A DNA stretch of 64,000 nt, from NCBI RefSeq assembly GCF_011745625.1, contig NW_027191455.1, positions 186,001-250,000 of the forward strand, read 5' to 3'. Shown here one piece after another: positions 45,601 through 58,721 of the stretch. The notes below the pieces were generated by a model. That model did not search any database. It had not been told where the DNA came from and saw only the letters and a program-made list of their open reading frames with translations. The stretch comes from Cladosporium halotolerans (taxonomy: Eukaryota). The position numbers and the translations under genes are program-made. Within the stretch, counting starts at the first letter, position 1. Each line of letters begins with the position of its first letter.

Positions 45601-45890
45601 CCCCCGCCCCCAGCGCCTGTTTGTGTCGTAGAGAGTGAATGGATTGATGCAAAGGAAAGAAGCCGAATGTAGTGTAGCCGATTTGCTCGGTGATTAGGAG
45701 CAGCTAGGGAGCCCGAAGGCTCCCGTGTCTTTGTGGCCCGGTCGTCTCGCGCGTGTCGTGTCCGTGCGTGATACCGGGTTGGTGGTGAAGACAGGTAAGG
45801 AAAGAAGGGTTATAATATTCACAAAAACGTCGTCGTGGCAAGAAGAAAAGTTTTGGGCGTGTCTCGGAGTGCATGCGTGGCGCATGTGCT

Positions 45891-47843
45891 CTACGTGCGC
45901 CTGAGCCACAGGACGAGCCAGCCGAGCGCGCGGTAGCCGGCGATGATGCCGATCATGATGCCGACCCACTTGCCCGTGTTGCCGACGTTGTAGCCGTAGT
46001 TGTCGAGCACGCCGGTGCCGGCAATCAGGCACTGGTCTGCGAGCTCCGTCTCGTACATGCAGTTGCACTGGCCGCCGGGCGTCTTGGGCGGCGCGCAAGT
46101 GAAGTTGCGTGTGCCGAACTCGTTGACCATCATGCCCTGGAAGACGTAGGACTGGTAGTCGATGTAGTGGAAGACGTAGCGCCAGAACGGGTTGAGGGTC
46201 TGCGGCGGGACGAGGAAACCTCCCGTGCACATCCACAGGCCGTTGGCGAAGGCGGTCGCGGCGAGAGCCACGACGAAGATGGGGACGAGAGAGCTGATGA
46301 GCACGACGAGGGACTCGGCGGCGATCAGGTCAAGGAACAGCCACATGACCCAGGTAAAGAAGGCATCGGCAGTGGGGCGGAAGTTGGAAAGCCAGTATGC
46401 GACTACCGAGAAGAGGATGGTGATGAGGAAGAGGTATGGGATGCCGGTGACGAAGTTGGCGATGATGAACGATGTCGGGCCGTAGAGACCGTTGGCACGC
46501 TCCTTCATGAAGAGGGCGCGGTCTTCCAGGAAGGCGGGGATGTAGGCGACAGCCATGAAGGACATGAAAGCACCACCGAAGAAGATGGCGTTGATGAATG
46601 ACTGGATGTTGCCCTGCGTGGGGCTCAGTCGCAGCCAGACAGTACCCATCATGACGGCCAGACCCATGTACATCGCAATACGGATGCCATAAGCGATGAT
46701 ATCGCGGTACGACTTGATGAAAGAACGGTGGATGAGGGCCAGGGGAATCGCAAAGGTACCGGCGGCCTGTTCCTTGACGTCGGGCATCAGGTGAGCGTCC
46801 ATGGTGTTGCGGGCCATCTCATCGGTCAGTTCAGTGACGGTGGCGCTCGCGAGACGAGACTTGTGCCACGAAGAGTGAACCATGTTGAGTTGCTGGTCAA
46901 CCTCGCTCCTGTCGCGGGCAAAATCGGTGTTGACGAAGTCGATGATGAACTCGGCCGGGTTCATGTAGAGCGGAATAGGGAAACCGCAAGAGTCGAAGTA
47001 GGGCTGGACTTCGGAGACGGGACCACTGTATGCAGTACCGCCCTGAGAGAGCAGGAGCAGCTTGTCGAACATGGCGAATGTGGAGGTTGAAGGCTGGTGA
47101 ATGGACGCAATGACGATCAGGTTGTGCTTCTTCGCAATGTCCTTCACGAACGAAACGACCTCGAACGAAGCGGCAGAGTCAAGACCAGAAGTGGGCTCGT
47201 CAAGGAAGAGGAGCTTAGGGCTGGTGATGAGCTGCGCGGCAACACTGACACGACGCTTCTGACCACCGGAAATACCCTTCCTGATGGGAGTGCCGATCAA
47301 GTTATTGGACTGGCCCTGCAGACCGAAAGCAGTGAGGAGCGACTCGATGCGCTGGATGCGCTCGAGCTTGCTAATGTTGCTGGGCAGCGAAAGGCGCGCG
47401 GCGAAGTTCAGGGTCTCGCGGACGGTGAGCGAACCGACGAGCGCATCTTCCTGCTCGACATAGGCAGAGATGCGGCGGAAAGTCTTGGGGTCGGCAGGCG
47501 AGCCGTTGATGTAGATGGCGGCCTTGACAGAAGCGTGCAGAGACGCAGTGCGGTGCGCGAGGACGTTGAGAAGGGTCGACTTGCCGGAACCACTGCATGT
47601 GATTGTCAGTAAGTGTTCCTTTGATCGATTGAGCAACCGCGCGCAAAAGACTTACGAAGGACCCATGAGGGCGAGCAGCTCGCCAGACTTGACAATGCCG
47701 TTGACATCGCTAAGAATGGTCTTGGGCTGTTGCGACTGGCGGTCCTTGACAGTGACGGTGACGCCCTTCCAGCCGAAGCTGCGGATGTTGGTGTTGGTGA
47801 GCTGGGCGTAGTCGCCACCGATCATCTTCTCGATGTCGGACAT
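45891..47843 (-). CDS. ABC-G half transporter (NBD-TMD, white-like); intron 47593-47655
   Basis: Walker A GPS/GSGKST across the intron, signature 'ISGGQKRR', Walker B 'LFLDEPTSGLD', 'SIHQP', ABC2-type TMD. Confidence 0.94.
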
Positions 47844-50800
47844 CTTGGAGTAGCTCCTGCGATCCGGGTTCGCAGCTGGTTGAGACGTGGTGTTGGTCAG
47901 CGGACGCGAGGTCCTGCTGGGTGGGCGCGCGGTGGTGAGTGAATGAGTGGAGGGGTGGTGTTGCGGGAGACCAGCTTCCGGGGTGACGAGCGAACGGCGG
48001 CCGTTGCTGTCGGCGGGTGGGTGTCTTGGATGAGGCGGTGGGCGAGTGAGCGGCGGGTGTAGTGAGCGTGGAGGCGCGAAGGCGTTGAAGAAGGAGGGCA
48101 GCAACCGGGCAGGACGGTGGACGGTGAGAAGGTCTCACTTCTGCGCGCGCGTGTGGAGCGGGAGAGAGAGGGCTCGGGCTTGGACTCGTGGGGAAGAAGA
48201 AAGGCAAAGAGAGGCGCGAGGGGCCCGAGCGGAGGGTGGGAGAGCTAATATCGAGCAAACGCAGTCACCGCGGGAGGTCTCAAGGCCTGGCTCTGGCCGG
48301 CCGGCGTGCTGCAGCTGCCCACACGCACTACTCAACCACCACCACGATCCGTAAGGTGCCTTGCGGGCGACGACGGACGCTGAGTGCGGACGCCCGTCGA
48401 CCGGCCTGGCTGCGCGCTGGGGTGGAGGCACTGGGATCGCGCACGCCACGCCGGCGGACGAGAGCCGCGTACCATCGCCTGCAGTCCACGCGATCCCTCA
48501 TCATCCACCATCCATGTTGGGCGGCGGCGACTCCTCAGCCAGCCCGCAGCGCCGGCTAGTGCTGAGCCGTTGCGCTGCCCGGCGCGCGAGTAGGGAGTCG
48601 CCGTGGGCGCGTCCATCACTCGCTGCCAGCGCCGCCCAAAGCGTACGAAGCACGGGGTGAAGTCGAGCTGATCGACCAGGGCCCTGCGCCGGCGCCAAAC
48701 CTTGCCGGCCTAGCGACCGCCTGTGAGGTACACCGCGTTGGCGCCCGCAGCCACAGCCGCAACCCCCGGCTGCTTTGGTAGCTGGGTCTATATCTGTGCA
48801 CGCTGCACTGGCGTGTTTTACCCCTGGGCCCCGGCGCGCAGGAGATTGCCCGGTGCAGCCAGTGCTGCCGCCGCGTCCCAGCGAGTCTGCGCCTGTGAAA
48901 CACAAACCCACTCGCCCCAGCCCTGCACGAACAGGCGGAGTGCAGAAACCGCTGCCTCCCACCCAATCGTCACGTAGGCGCGGAGGATGCGCTGCGCACA
49001 CGCTGCATGCTGATGCTGATGCTGCTGCTGCTGTGAGCCGGGTCCTGCAGCTGACCTCTAGCATCGTCTACAGTGCTCCCATGCCACGCAACAAACGCCC
49101 GCCCACGTAGCCCGCCGCCACTCACGCACCTCGTCCCCTTTCCACGGCTGCTCACAGCTGTCTCCACCGCGTAGATGAATCTGTCGATTGCTCGGCGACT
49201 GCGGCATGGCGCTACGCCGGCATCTCAGCAGCCCGCCGCCCTGGTGCGAGGTGGTGCGCTGGCCTGTGTGTCTCCCTGCCCGCCGCGGGCCCAGCATAGC
49301 GCTGAAGATCGACCGCCGTCGACCTCTCACGAAAGCAAACACATCCTTCTAGATCCGCGCGGGGTGCCGGCGGTGGCCTGTTCGCGGACGATTGGGGCCA
49401 GGGGTCGGAGCGCGCTCGCCGTTCTGTACAGAATTTGGGTTTCCTCCCCACCACGCGCGCGCGACCTTCACTTTCTCCTTCTCCACAAGGCAAGCGAGGA
49501 TCAACCGTAATAGGCACGCGCCACGCAAAACCCACCACGGCCTTGACAGCCCGGTGCGATTAGAGTCCCATCCAGCCGACGATTTGTCGCCTGCCTGTGG
49601 TTCTTCTGGCCTGATCCGGCACGACCACGCTCTTGATTTGACTGTGGCAGCGGCCGTGGGCGTACCGATGTGTTGAGCAAACTCTACAATGGCACTCAGT
49701 GGATCTGGACGTCCGCCTTGGGATCCAGATTGATGCCACGCGACAGGCTTTGATACGAGACACGAGCTGAGTAAAGTGCGCATTTCAAATAGACTAGTAG
49801 ATTCTTCTCTCTCTCGAGTCACGTAATCGGGCACGCTGCTAGGCCCGGTAGCGTCGAGGGCGCCGTGTGACGACGAATCGTGAGCTACAACGACGATGAT
49901 CAGAATCAATTGTCACATCGCGCCGTCCACGTCGATCGCACTTCGCGCTCGCTCGTGAAGACGCTCGATCTTCACGTTGCCGCGGAGGACAGCAGGAGCG
50001 GCAGTAGCAGACCTGTCAAAATCCACGTTGTGGTGTTTAGTGTGCTGAGGGCGTGCTGACCCTGCGGGCGGCCGCGTCGTCGCCGAGAGTGACACGAAAA
50101 TACCGTTAGCGGTCAACCGTGTCGGACGTACATAGCTGTGGCGCCACGGTGCTGTCAGCGCGCATGCTCGGAGAATAGCTTGCATGAGCCGTAACTCCAG
50201 CGCAGAGGCTGCCACGGCTGCACCGCCAGGTCAGCGCTGCTTGGCCACGGCGCGTCGCCGCAGCGCAGAGCGTTTCTTCGCAAATCTCCAGCGCGCAGCC
50301 GTGCAGAAGGGCGGGTGTGATCAGGACGTCAGCAGAGCGCCCATGGCATCGCTAGGTAATGCTAGTGCAGACGATCTGGGCGCGGCGCGTTCGAGCGGTG
50401 GCGCTTAGGTCAGGAACGCGTTCTGCTAGCCGCGAGGGGCCAACCCTAACACCCGATCAGCACTCAGCCAAGTGGGCCGCAAATGGATCCTGCATGCCTG
50501 GGCGAGTCCGGCACTGGGGGCGAGCCACCGCGAGCAATCCCGGATCATGGCGTCTGGCGATGCGGGCCAATAGCGAAGATCGCCGGTGCGCCCGTTGCCA
50601 GAGCCTGTCTGCCTCTGCCACTGCCACTGTCGCCGTCACTGCTTCGCCTTCGCCTCGGCCGGGCCAGGGCAGCAGCGCGCTCGGCCTCGTCGTTGACACT
50701 CAGGCCTCAGACCCCCCTGCGCCGCCTCTCCAGTCTCCCGGTAGCCAGCGTTCACGACCACCGCCGCTCTCTGCTTGTCACGCTCGCTGCGTCGTGTCAC

Positions 50801-51010
50801 CGGATTGCCTGTCTGCGCCAAACCTCGTTCTTTCCATTATTCTTTGTGGCGCCGCTTGTCTCGGATCCCTTCACTCTTTCATGGCCTTGTGAGCTTCGAC
50901 ATCCGACCGAGACTGGCAATGCCGGCATAGCTGCTCGCGTGGCCCGGCAGCACACTTCTTACTATTCACCAATTCAATCCTTCTCGGCGCTCCCGGATCC
51001 TTGTTTGCCA

Positions 51011-53332
51011 ATGGACATACCAGCGCACATTCTGAACGCAGTGCACACCGGAGGCCCGACTGCGATGGATCCGATTGATCGCCTGCAGCAACAGCAAGCG
51101 GCGAAACGCGCATTTACCACACACCTCAAAGAGGTGAATTCTTCGGCGGAGGACATCTCCGCCGGCAGCGTTTCTGATCTGGAGAACGATCATACCACCG
51201 ACCTCACGACTCCGCCCTCGTCAGGATCTTGCGCCGGCGATATGCAGCCAGACGATGTGGAGGAGTTTCGCGATCGCGAATACCCCATGTTGAAGGGCAA
51301 GACATATCTGGATCACGGAGGTACCACGGTAAGTGAGCCGAGGCAATGAGCGAAGGATCCGTTCAAGGTCGCAATGAACTTTTAACTGATAATGTTTTTT
51401 ACAACAGCTATACGCAAAGTCGCTAGTTGAGGAGTTCTCCGCAGACTTGATTGGAAACCTCTACGGCAACCCTCACTCCGCGTCTTCACCCTCAGCATTG
51501 GCAGGTCACCGTGTCGATGCGATTCGCGAACGTGCACTTCGATTCTTCAACGCCGATCCCGACGAGTTCGATCTGGTCTTCGTCGCCAATGCGACCGCCG
51601 CGATCAAGATGGTCATCGATTGCTTCCGCGATCACGCTGCCGCGAGCAACACGCCTGTGTGGTATGGATACCACAGGGATGCGCACACATCGCTTGTCGG
51701 CGTGCGAGAATTGACAAAACTGCACCGCTGCTTCACAAGCGACGAGGAAGTCGACATCTGGATCAACAGCGGAGGAATGGGCGGAGCCCGATCACGGCAG
51801 CTCGGACTCTTCGCATACCCAGGGCAGTCGAACATGACGGGGCGGAGGCTACCTCTGAACTGGTAAGTTGCACGCCGCGAGCGCATGGTCAATCTCACAT
51901 GTTAGGAAGCACGAGGTCTAACGTTACACTGCAAATTGATAGGCCCGGCCGCATCCGCAAATCGTTCCACAAGGCGCCGACCTACACCCTCCTGGACGCA
52001 GCCGCGCTCGCGAGCACCGCACCCCTGGACCTGTCCGACGCAGCCACAGCGCCCGACTTCACTGCTCTGTCGTTCTACAAGATCTTCGGCTTCCCTAACA
52101 TTGGTGCCCTGATCGTGCGTAAAGCTTCAGCCCACATGCTGCAGGGCCGCAAGTTCTTCGGTGGCGGCACCGTTGACATGATCATCTCCATCAACGACAC
52201 CTGGCACGCGAAGAAGGAGACCTCCATCCACGATCGTCTGGAGGACGGCACGCTGCCCTTCCACTCCATCTTCGCGCTCGACCACGGCATCAGCGTGCAC
52301 GAACGCCTGTACGGCCCTAATCCGATGAAGTTCATCTCGATGCACACGGCGCAGCTGGGACGACAGATGTACGAGGGTCTGTCCCGGATGATGCACAGCA
52401 ACGGCCGGCCTGTGACGAAGATCTACAAGGATGAGAACGCCGTGTACGGCGATCCGTCCGTGCAAGGTGCGACGCTCGCTTTCAACGTGCTGCGTCCCGA
52501 CGGCAGTCTGGTCGGATTCGAGGAGGTCGAGGAGGCGGCGGACGAGAGGCAGATTTACGTGCGCAGCGGCTCGTTGTGCAACCCTGGTGGCGTCGCCACC
52601 TATCTCGACTGGTCTCCTGCGGAGATGAGAGCCGCGTACGCTGCGGGACACAGGTGCTCGAACCCGACGCAAGTCATGAATGGGAAGGCCACGGGCGTCG
52701 TCCGTGTCAGCATGGGCGCCATGAGCACCCAGTCGGACGTCACGCGATTCCTGGATTTCTTGGAGGAAGTCTACGTCGACCAGATGTCCGAGCCGAAGAT
52801 CGGCGCGAAGGAGTTCCTGCTCAACCTGGAGCAGAAGTACGAGTACGAGCCTTCCTACCCGCCTTCGCTCACTGTTCGGTCGGCCAGTCGTGCTTCGGGA
52901 GCTTCTTCCACCCCTCAGACTCCGCACATCCCTCCCAGCGATATAGCCCCTCCGGCTCCCTACCCGCCCAGTGCCAAATCAATCAACGGCGCCCGACCAA
53001 GCGAGAAATGGGCCGACTCTGCAACACTACATTCCAACGCCTCCGCACACGAACTCGACACTGGCCAGCCGCCCAAGCCACCACCTTTCAACCCTGCAGA
53101 CTACACCTCGAACCGCCGACCCTGGGAAGACGAGATGCGCAAGCAGAACGCCGCGAGCGCCGAAGCAGAAGCCAAGTACCGCGAGATGGAGGCGCTGCTG
53201 ATGGCGTCGCGCACCGGGCAGAACCCGTCCAACTCCGTGAAAGCGCGGCGCTTCGGCCGCAGCGTGGTGAACCTGCTGCGGCAGAAGTCGAACCACGCGG
53301 CCGACAACAGGTACGCCGCTCCCGACACGTAA
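51011..53332 (+). CDS. Molybdenum cofactor sulfurase-like PLP enzyme (class-V aminotransferase/NifS-like domain only); introns 51329-51407, 51863-51942
   Basis: 'YLDHGGTT/LY', 'GNPHS', 'FVANATAAIK', 'HTSLVGVRE', 'LLDAA', PLP-Lys 'SFYKIFGFP', 'FGGGT', Cys motif 'RSGSLCNPG'. Confidence 0.88.
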
Positions 53333-54889
53333 TGAAAAGAAGACAGCGCGCACCCGCGCCCTTCGTGTATTTACGTTCTTGCGACCCTAACCCTTTGCGC
53401 GCCTGTACAGTAGCACCAACAACAGCGTCAAATCGTCCACGCCGTCGTTCTACTCCCACGCGGAGAAGAATCGGTTGGTGGAGAACATGACTACGCTGGG
53501 CGTCGCGTAGCCGCCCAGTCTATAAATTACCAGCATTGCTTGGAATAGTCGGCCAGCGAATGCCAAGTCTGGGAACGGCGACGGAGCTTTGTCGCATGAA
53601 GCACGAAGTTCGTCGTTTCGCACCCCGGCACGGCGGCAAGCAAAACTCGACTACCACTTCGCGAAGTCGGTCACGCGACAACAGGCGCTTGCGACCAACG
53701 TCAAGCGTTCCATGCGTCAACAGCTTCATCACTCGCTGAAGCACTGACACCTCTGAACACGAACCATCAACGGCCTAGCGCATCAAAAGCCTACCACATC
53801 AGAAGCCTACAACAAAAAAGGCCCGACCGACACCACCACCTCGTCGGCGACCACACTCACTCGACAAATTACTACAAACTTCACCTATTGTCTATTAGGG
53901 AAACATCCCGACCTCACGGCGGGGGCATCCCTCGACCCATCTCGCGGTCAAACTATCCTTCTCATTTTCTTCCCTTCTGGTCAACTTTGATTTTCCCGAA
54001 ATATACCCTGCACGCGTGGGAGGAATTTTTGTACACCCCAATCCTTTTAAAAATCTGCTTCTGATCCGTTACTCTGCACAAAAGAGCGGGCAGCATTTTT
54101 GGTGTTTTTGCTTGTGCTTTTTTTTCCTTTTTCTTGTTTTCCCTTTTGGTTCGGTTCGGTCTGTCTGCTTCTCGGAATGACTTTCTACCTCAAAACCCTC
54201 TGCTACTGCTTTGCGAAGCCAAGCGAAGCGATCTTCCTCACGTCTCTTTTACTATCTATCCATCCCCTTGACTCTGTATTGTACATACCTGCCCTATTTC
54301 CCTGCACATACTTTCTTGCCGCAGATCCCAAGAGCGATTGGATCGGGCGTACACGAACGATTGGGAGCGCTCGTCGGAAGAAGACGGCGCCGTTCTTGGA
54401 TTAGATTTGATTGGATTGGGTTGGCGCGAAGGGTCCGGTCCCTTGTATTGTACATATCACATAAACTAGGAAAAGACTGCTTTGCTTTGACTTGGATCTG
54501 CGCTTTTGAAACGTTGGCTTGCCTCGTTGGGATCCTCGCCCTTGCCTTTCGATGAATGTAGGGTATTTGTCGTTCTACGATCAGCCAGTTGGGTTTCGCT
54601 TTCGCGTTTTGGAATTCCAATAACAAGAGCAACAATCGATCTGCGTCCACAGTGATGCCTAGCCAGCCACTACTACTTCCACTGATCACAGCGAACTGGT
54701 TGATCGTCTCGTTCGTACCCCAACCACCACTCGTTTCGTCTAGAGTGACGTAGCAAACGCCAGAGTAACCAGATAGATCGATCGATATCACATGCCAATC
54801 CCGCCCGACTCGCTCTCATCATCCCAAGCACACCCCAGCCCACGAGCCCGCACGCGTCTACCCGGTCGTCGAGCGAACCGCGTCATCCA

Positions 54890-54916
54890 CCTGCCTGCCT
54901 GCCTGCCTGCCTGCCT
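54890..54916. repeat. (CCTG)n microsatellite, about 6.75 units
   Basis: cctgcctgcctgcctgcctgcctgcct. Confidence 0.9.
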
Positions 54917-55476
54917 TCGCCCCCCTTACAACATAGACCAATCGGCTGCAACAAGCCTCGCAAAGCACCTCAATCCCTCCCGAGACGATCATGCCCTAGC
55001 AAGCCACGCCTCCCAGCCCAGCCCACCAAACGCACTCCCCCAATCCAGCCTTTGCCAAAACCCCCCCGATAGCCCGAACACAGCGTCCAGCCACCCAGCG
55101 CCCAACCTCACACCACCGGCAAGCAGGCACGCAGGCAGCCGCTTCTGACAGCGCGGCCGCACAGCCGTCCGCGCACGCCGTGCCTGGCGGAGGAGCCGGG
55201 TTGGCGGGCGGCTGCATGGACTTGGGCTGCACTGCTGCTGTGGGACAGTGGCTCCGGTGCAACGAGGGTGTTCGTGCGACGAGGAGATTTGGCGGTTTGG
55301 GGAGGTGGGCGTTTTGAGGGTGGCGTTCTTGATTGGGGGTGCTGGGTTCTTGGGCTGGCTTTCCTTGCGGGCGAGCGTCCTAGTTCCTGGTGCGTTTTTG
55401 ATTTCGCTGGTTTGGCTGGGACGCAGGGTAGTTTGCCGGGGTGGTGGGTTGTTTCTGTTGGGTGGCACGGCGGGGT

Positions 55477-55506
55477 GCGCTGTGCTGCGCTGCGCTGCGC
55501 TGCGCT
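55477..55506. repeat. (GCGCT)n pentanucleotide microsatellite, imperfect
   Basis: gcgctgtgctgcgctgcgctgcgctgcgct. Confidence 0.8.
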
Positions 55507-55903
55507 ATGGTGTGATTGATGGGGTTTGCATTGCATTGCAGTGCGGTGCGGCAGGGTGAGAGGGAACGGCCTGTTGTGTGTTGTGTTCGTTTGATTGCGT
55601 GCGTGCGTCCTTTGTGGCTTGAGACGGGTTAGGTTGTCAGGGCGGCCGTGGTCGTACGGCAGGTTGATGCGGTTGTGCGGCGTGGGTAGGCATGTGGAGA
55701 TTCGAGAGGAAATGTTCGTGGTTCGTGTTGTCGTGAGATTGATTCGTAAGTTATGTAACATGTGATCGCTAAAGAGTCGCAGTATCTACCCAAACCTGTA
55801 AAACAAATGCTCGTAACGCTAGTCAGAAACAACATGCCATAGATAAAAGAACAGACGTGACGGAAGATGCGATGGAGAAAAGGGAGAACGCGAAGAACAC
55901 GCT

Positions 55904-57223
55904 TCATCGAGCCACAGAGTGCCCACTAAAGAGCATCTTCAGCCCGCTCGGCTCCTTCTCTCTCTTCTTCTTCTCGCCCTTAGCCCGACTACTACCGCTC
56001 CGCGAGCTCTTCTCACTCCGCACAGATCTGCCGCTCTCGCTCTGCGCCTTGCGGCTCTTGCTCTTACGCTGCTTCTCCTTCGGCTTGAAATCCGCCTCCG
56101 TCAACTTGCCCTCCTCGATCAACGTTCTGCTCGCGACAGGCGTGATGAACTCGCCATCGACGCTCGTGCCGACGCTCTGCGCCTGCTCGTCCGCGATGCC
56201 CCTGCGCCAGCGCTCGATGCTGCTCAGCTCGCGCAGCTCGTCGACGCTCTCGGCGGGACTGGCGGGCTCGATCTGGTTGTCGGCTCGGAAGCCGGGCTCG
56301 AGCATCGACTTCTCCTTCTTGCTCTCCTGAATCTTCTTGATGATCTTGTACCCGCCGAAAGCGATCACGGTGACGCCGACGGTGACACCGGCCGCGATGG
56401 CAAACTGGGGCGAGGCGAGCAGGGCCATGATGGCGGGAAAGGAGGATTTGAGGGCTGGCAGCGCGCCGGGGGCGAGTTTGGTTACCATAGTGGAGATCTC
56501 GGCGAGGGTCAGACCGACTGCGGCCAGGGCTTCGGGGTTCTTTTGCAGATTCTCGATTGTGGCGCCTGCGGAGTGCTGGAGGCAATTGAACTCGTCCAAG
56601 AGTTTCTGGAGGCCGGACATCTTTTCCTGCAGTTCTCGGTTGTCCTCGACTTTGGTAACAGCTAGTGGCGGAGGCATGTCGCCGTACGCTAAGTCCATGT
56701 CGATGTCGTTGTAGCTCGCTCTTCGGGGTGGAGCTTGGCTGCGAGTCTGTGGTGCTATATGTCCGGTATGTCTGCGCATGAGTTGACCGGATTTGGGCTC
56801 GTTTTCGTCGTCATACATGGGCTCTCCAGAATTGTCAAATCGTAAAGGCGAAGGGCGATAGTTGGTGCCGGCGCGTCTGGGCGCATCTTCGCCTGATATC
56901 ACACTGTCGCTGTAACCTCTTTCTGTGTTCGGACGATCTCGACGCGAAGGTACTGGTTTCCTCGTGGTAGCCTTGGAACGGGTCTCACTGCCGGCCCTGG
57001 ACCCGCCTCTTGAACGCGTCTCATCAGCGAGCGTGAGCGCCTCAAGCTGGCTGCGCGCCTTTCGCTCCTGCTCTTTCGCCTCCTTCTCCCTCTCCCGCGA
57101 TAATTTCAACTCTGCTTTTCGCTCACTGTACGCGCTTTTGGCATCGTTAAAAACACCAGCCAGAGTCTTGCCAGACTTGACGATCTTGCCTGATTTGTTG
57201 ACGATGGTGACGACCTGTGCCAT
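55904..57223 (-). CDS. Conserved-looking fungal hypothetical protein with coiled coil and single hydrophobic/TM segment
   Basis: 439-aa ORF with coding-like codon usage; 'LASPQFAIAAGVTVGVTVIAFGGYKII' hydrophobic stretch; Lys-rich C-terminus. Confidence 0.78.
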   Translation of the reverse strand: MAQVVTIVNKSGKIVKSGKTLAGVFNDAKSAYSERKAELKLSREREKEAKEQERKARSQLEALTLADETRSRGGSRAGSETRSKATTRKPVPSRRDRPNTERGYSDSVISGEDAPRRAGTNYRPSPLRFDNSGEPMYDDENEPKSGQLMRRHTGHIAPQTRSQAPPRRASYNDIDMDLAYGDMPPPLAVTKVEDNRELQEKMSGLQKLLDEFNCLQHSAGATIENLQKNPEALAAVGLTLAEISTMVTKLAPGALPALKSSFPAIMALLASPQFAIAAGVTVGVTVIAFGGYKIIKKIQESKKEKSMLEPGFRADNQIEPASPAESVDELRELSSIERWRRGIADEQAQSVGTSVDGEFITPVASRTLIEEGKLTEADFKPKEKQRKSKSRKAQSESGRSVRSEKSSRSGSSRAKGEKKKREKEPSGLKMLFSGHSVAR

Positions 57224-57781
57224 GATGTAGATGCTGCCTAACGATGTTCGGGTGTTCTATCGTGCTTCACTTGTCCCGCAAGCGAGGCTGTATGCTGTAC
57301 TGGGTATATCGGACCTTTCTGGTTAATGGCGATGCGCGGGATTGACTGGTCTACTGGTCGCGAGGGCTCCTGCCGACGAGGTCTTGCCGACAAGTCCTTT
57401 GTATCTCAGGAACAAGCCTCGGAATAGCCAGCCTCCTACGAGAGCGCGGGACAAAGCCGGGCTTTATGGCTGCCAACAAAGCGTGGTTTAGTTGCCAACA
57501 AAGCGCGCCGGCGACGCAGCGCTGGCGTCAGCAGCCGGTTGGCAGAGGCCGCTCGCAAGCGACTCCGGACCAGCTCGCAGTATGGGCTAGCGAGCGTGGG
57601 CTATTGGCGTGCGTGAACGGGTGCTGCGGTGGCCTGTCGTGAGTGGGCCGAGGGGTCGGGCTGTTGGGCGGCAATGGAGCTCGCGACGCCGTTGGCTGGG
57701 GAAGCGCGTCAAGTGGTTCGGGCGTGGTATGGGGAGGAGTGGAGGAGAAGCAGGTCGGTGCAGCAGGGAGAGGATGGTAGT

Positions 57782-57820
57782 GAGGAGAGGAGGAGGAGGA
57801 GGAGGAGGAAGAGGAGAGAG
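57782..57820. repeat. (GGA)n purine-rich microsatellite
   Basis: gaggagaggaggaggaggaggaggaggaagaggagagag. Confidence 0.85.
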
Positions 57821-58721
57821 ACAGTGGGCGGGCGTATACCTACTTAGCAGTGTCTTGGGCCTAGAGGGGTGGTGTGTAAAGGCAGCAATCGGTGAGGGCG
57901 ATTGCGCGCCAACCAGCGTTCGCGTAGGCGGTGAATCGCCGACGCCACACCTTGCACAGCCACGGGCCAGGCGATCTACGTCTGGCGTCACCAGCCACGA
58001 CGCCGGCGGTGCAGAAAGTCTATTCTTCCGTCAATAATGGGCTGCCTTACAGCGGCCCTCTCCTTGACGTCGCCTTGCATTGCATTGGGCCTTGCGGCAG
58101 ATGCACCACTGCTTTGCCAATCGACACGTGATACACGTTGCTCATGTTCTCAAGACACGCCGTTTCTGCCCGGCACAGCAGCCACAGCGTACCCACCAGC
58201 TCGCACGCACGAACCTTGGTCGAAAACACCCCAGCCCGAATGTTTGACTCGCCATAGACATCATGACTTACCGCTTCATGCACCTTGCAAGGGTGCTTCA
58301 TTTGCAGATTTTGCCGTCAGTAAATTGAAGGTCACTAAAGCCCAAACCTCTCGTCACGACAATCACGAATTGCGAGGCCATACCCCTTTCTCCCACCTTT
58401 GGTTCACTGTTGCTGAGCCTGAGTAGACGATTAGAGCGAGATCCAATCTATCCTGCACGCGTACCCGTCCATGAACCAGACCCAGCAATCTCAATTGAAA
58501 TACCACCCACAAGCACACCTTACAGCCCTATCTCTCTCCCAAAAATAACGAACCCTCCCAATCCACGTCTTCACCGTCACTCGCGACCTTGACCATCTAT
58601 TGGGTCGAGCGTCTGCGGCCTCCACAAAGCGGATCATGTTGCCAGCCACCGGGTTGACTTCCACCTTCCCCGGCAATCAAAGCTCGTTTAGATCTGAGAG
58701 ACCAAAAAGCAAAAGCAATGT

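Noticed and set aside
54294..54791. 165-aa minus-strand ORF
   Set aside because: Lies in low-complexity UTR-like sequence; no recognisable domain
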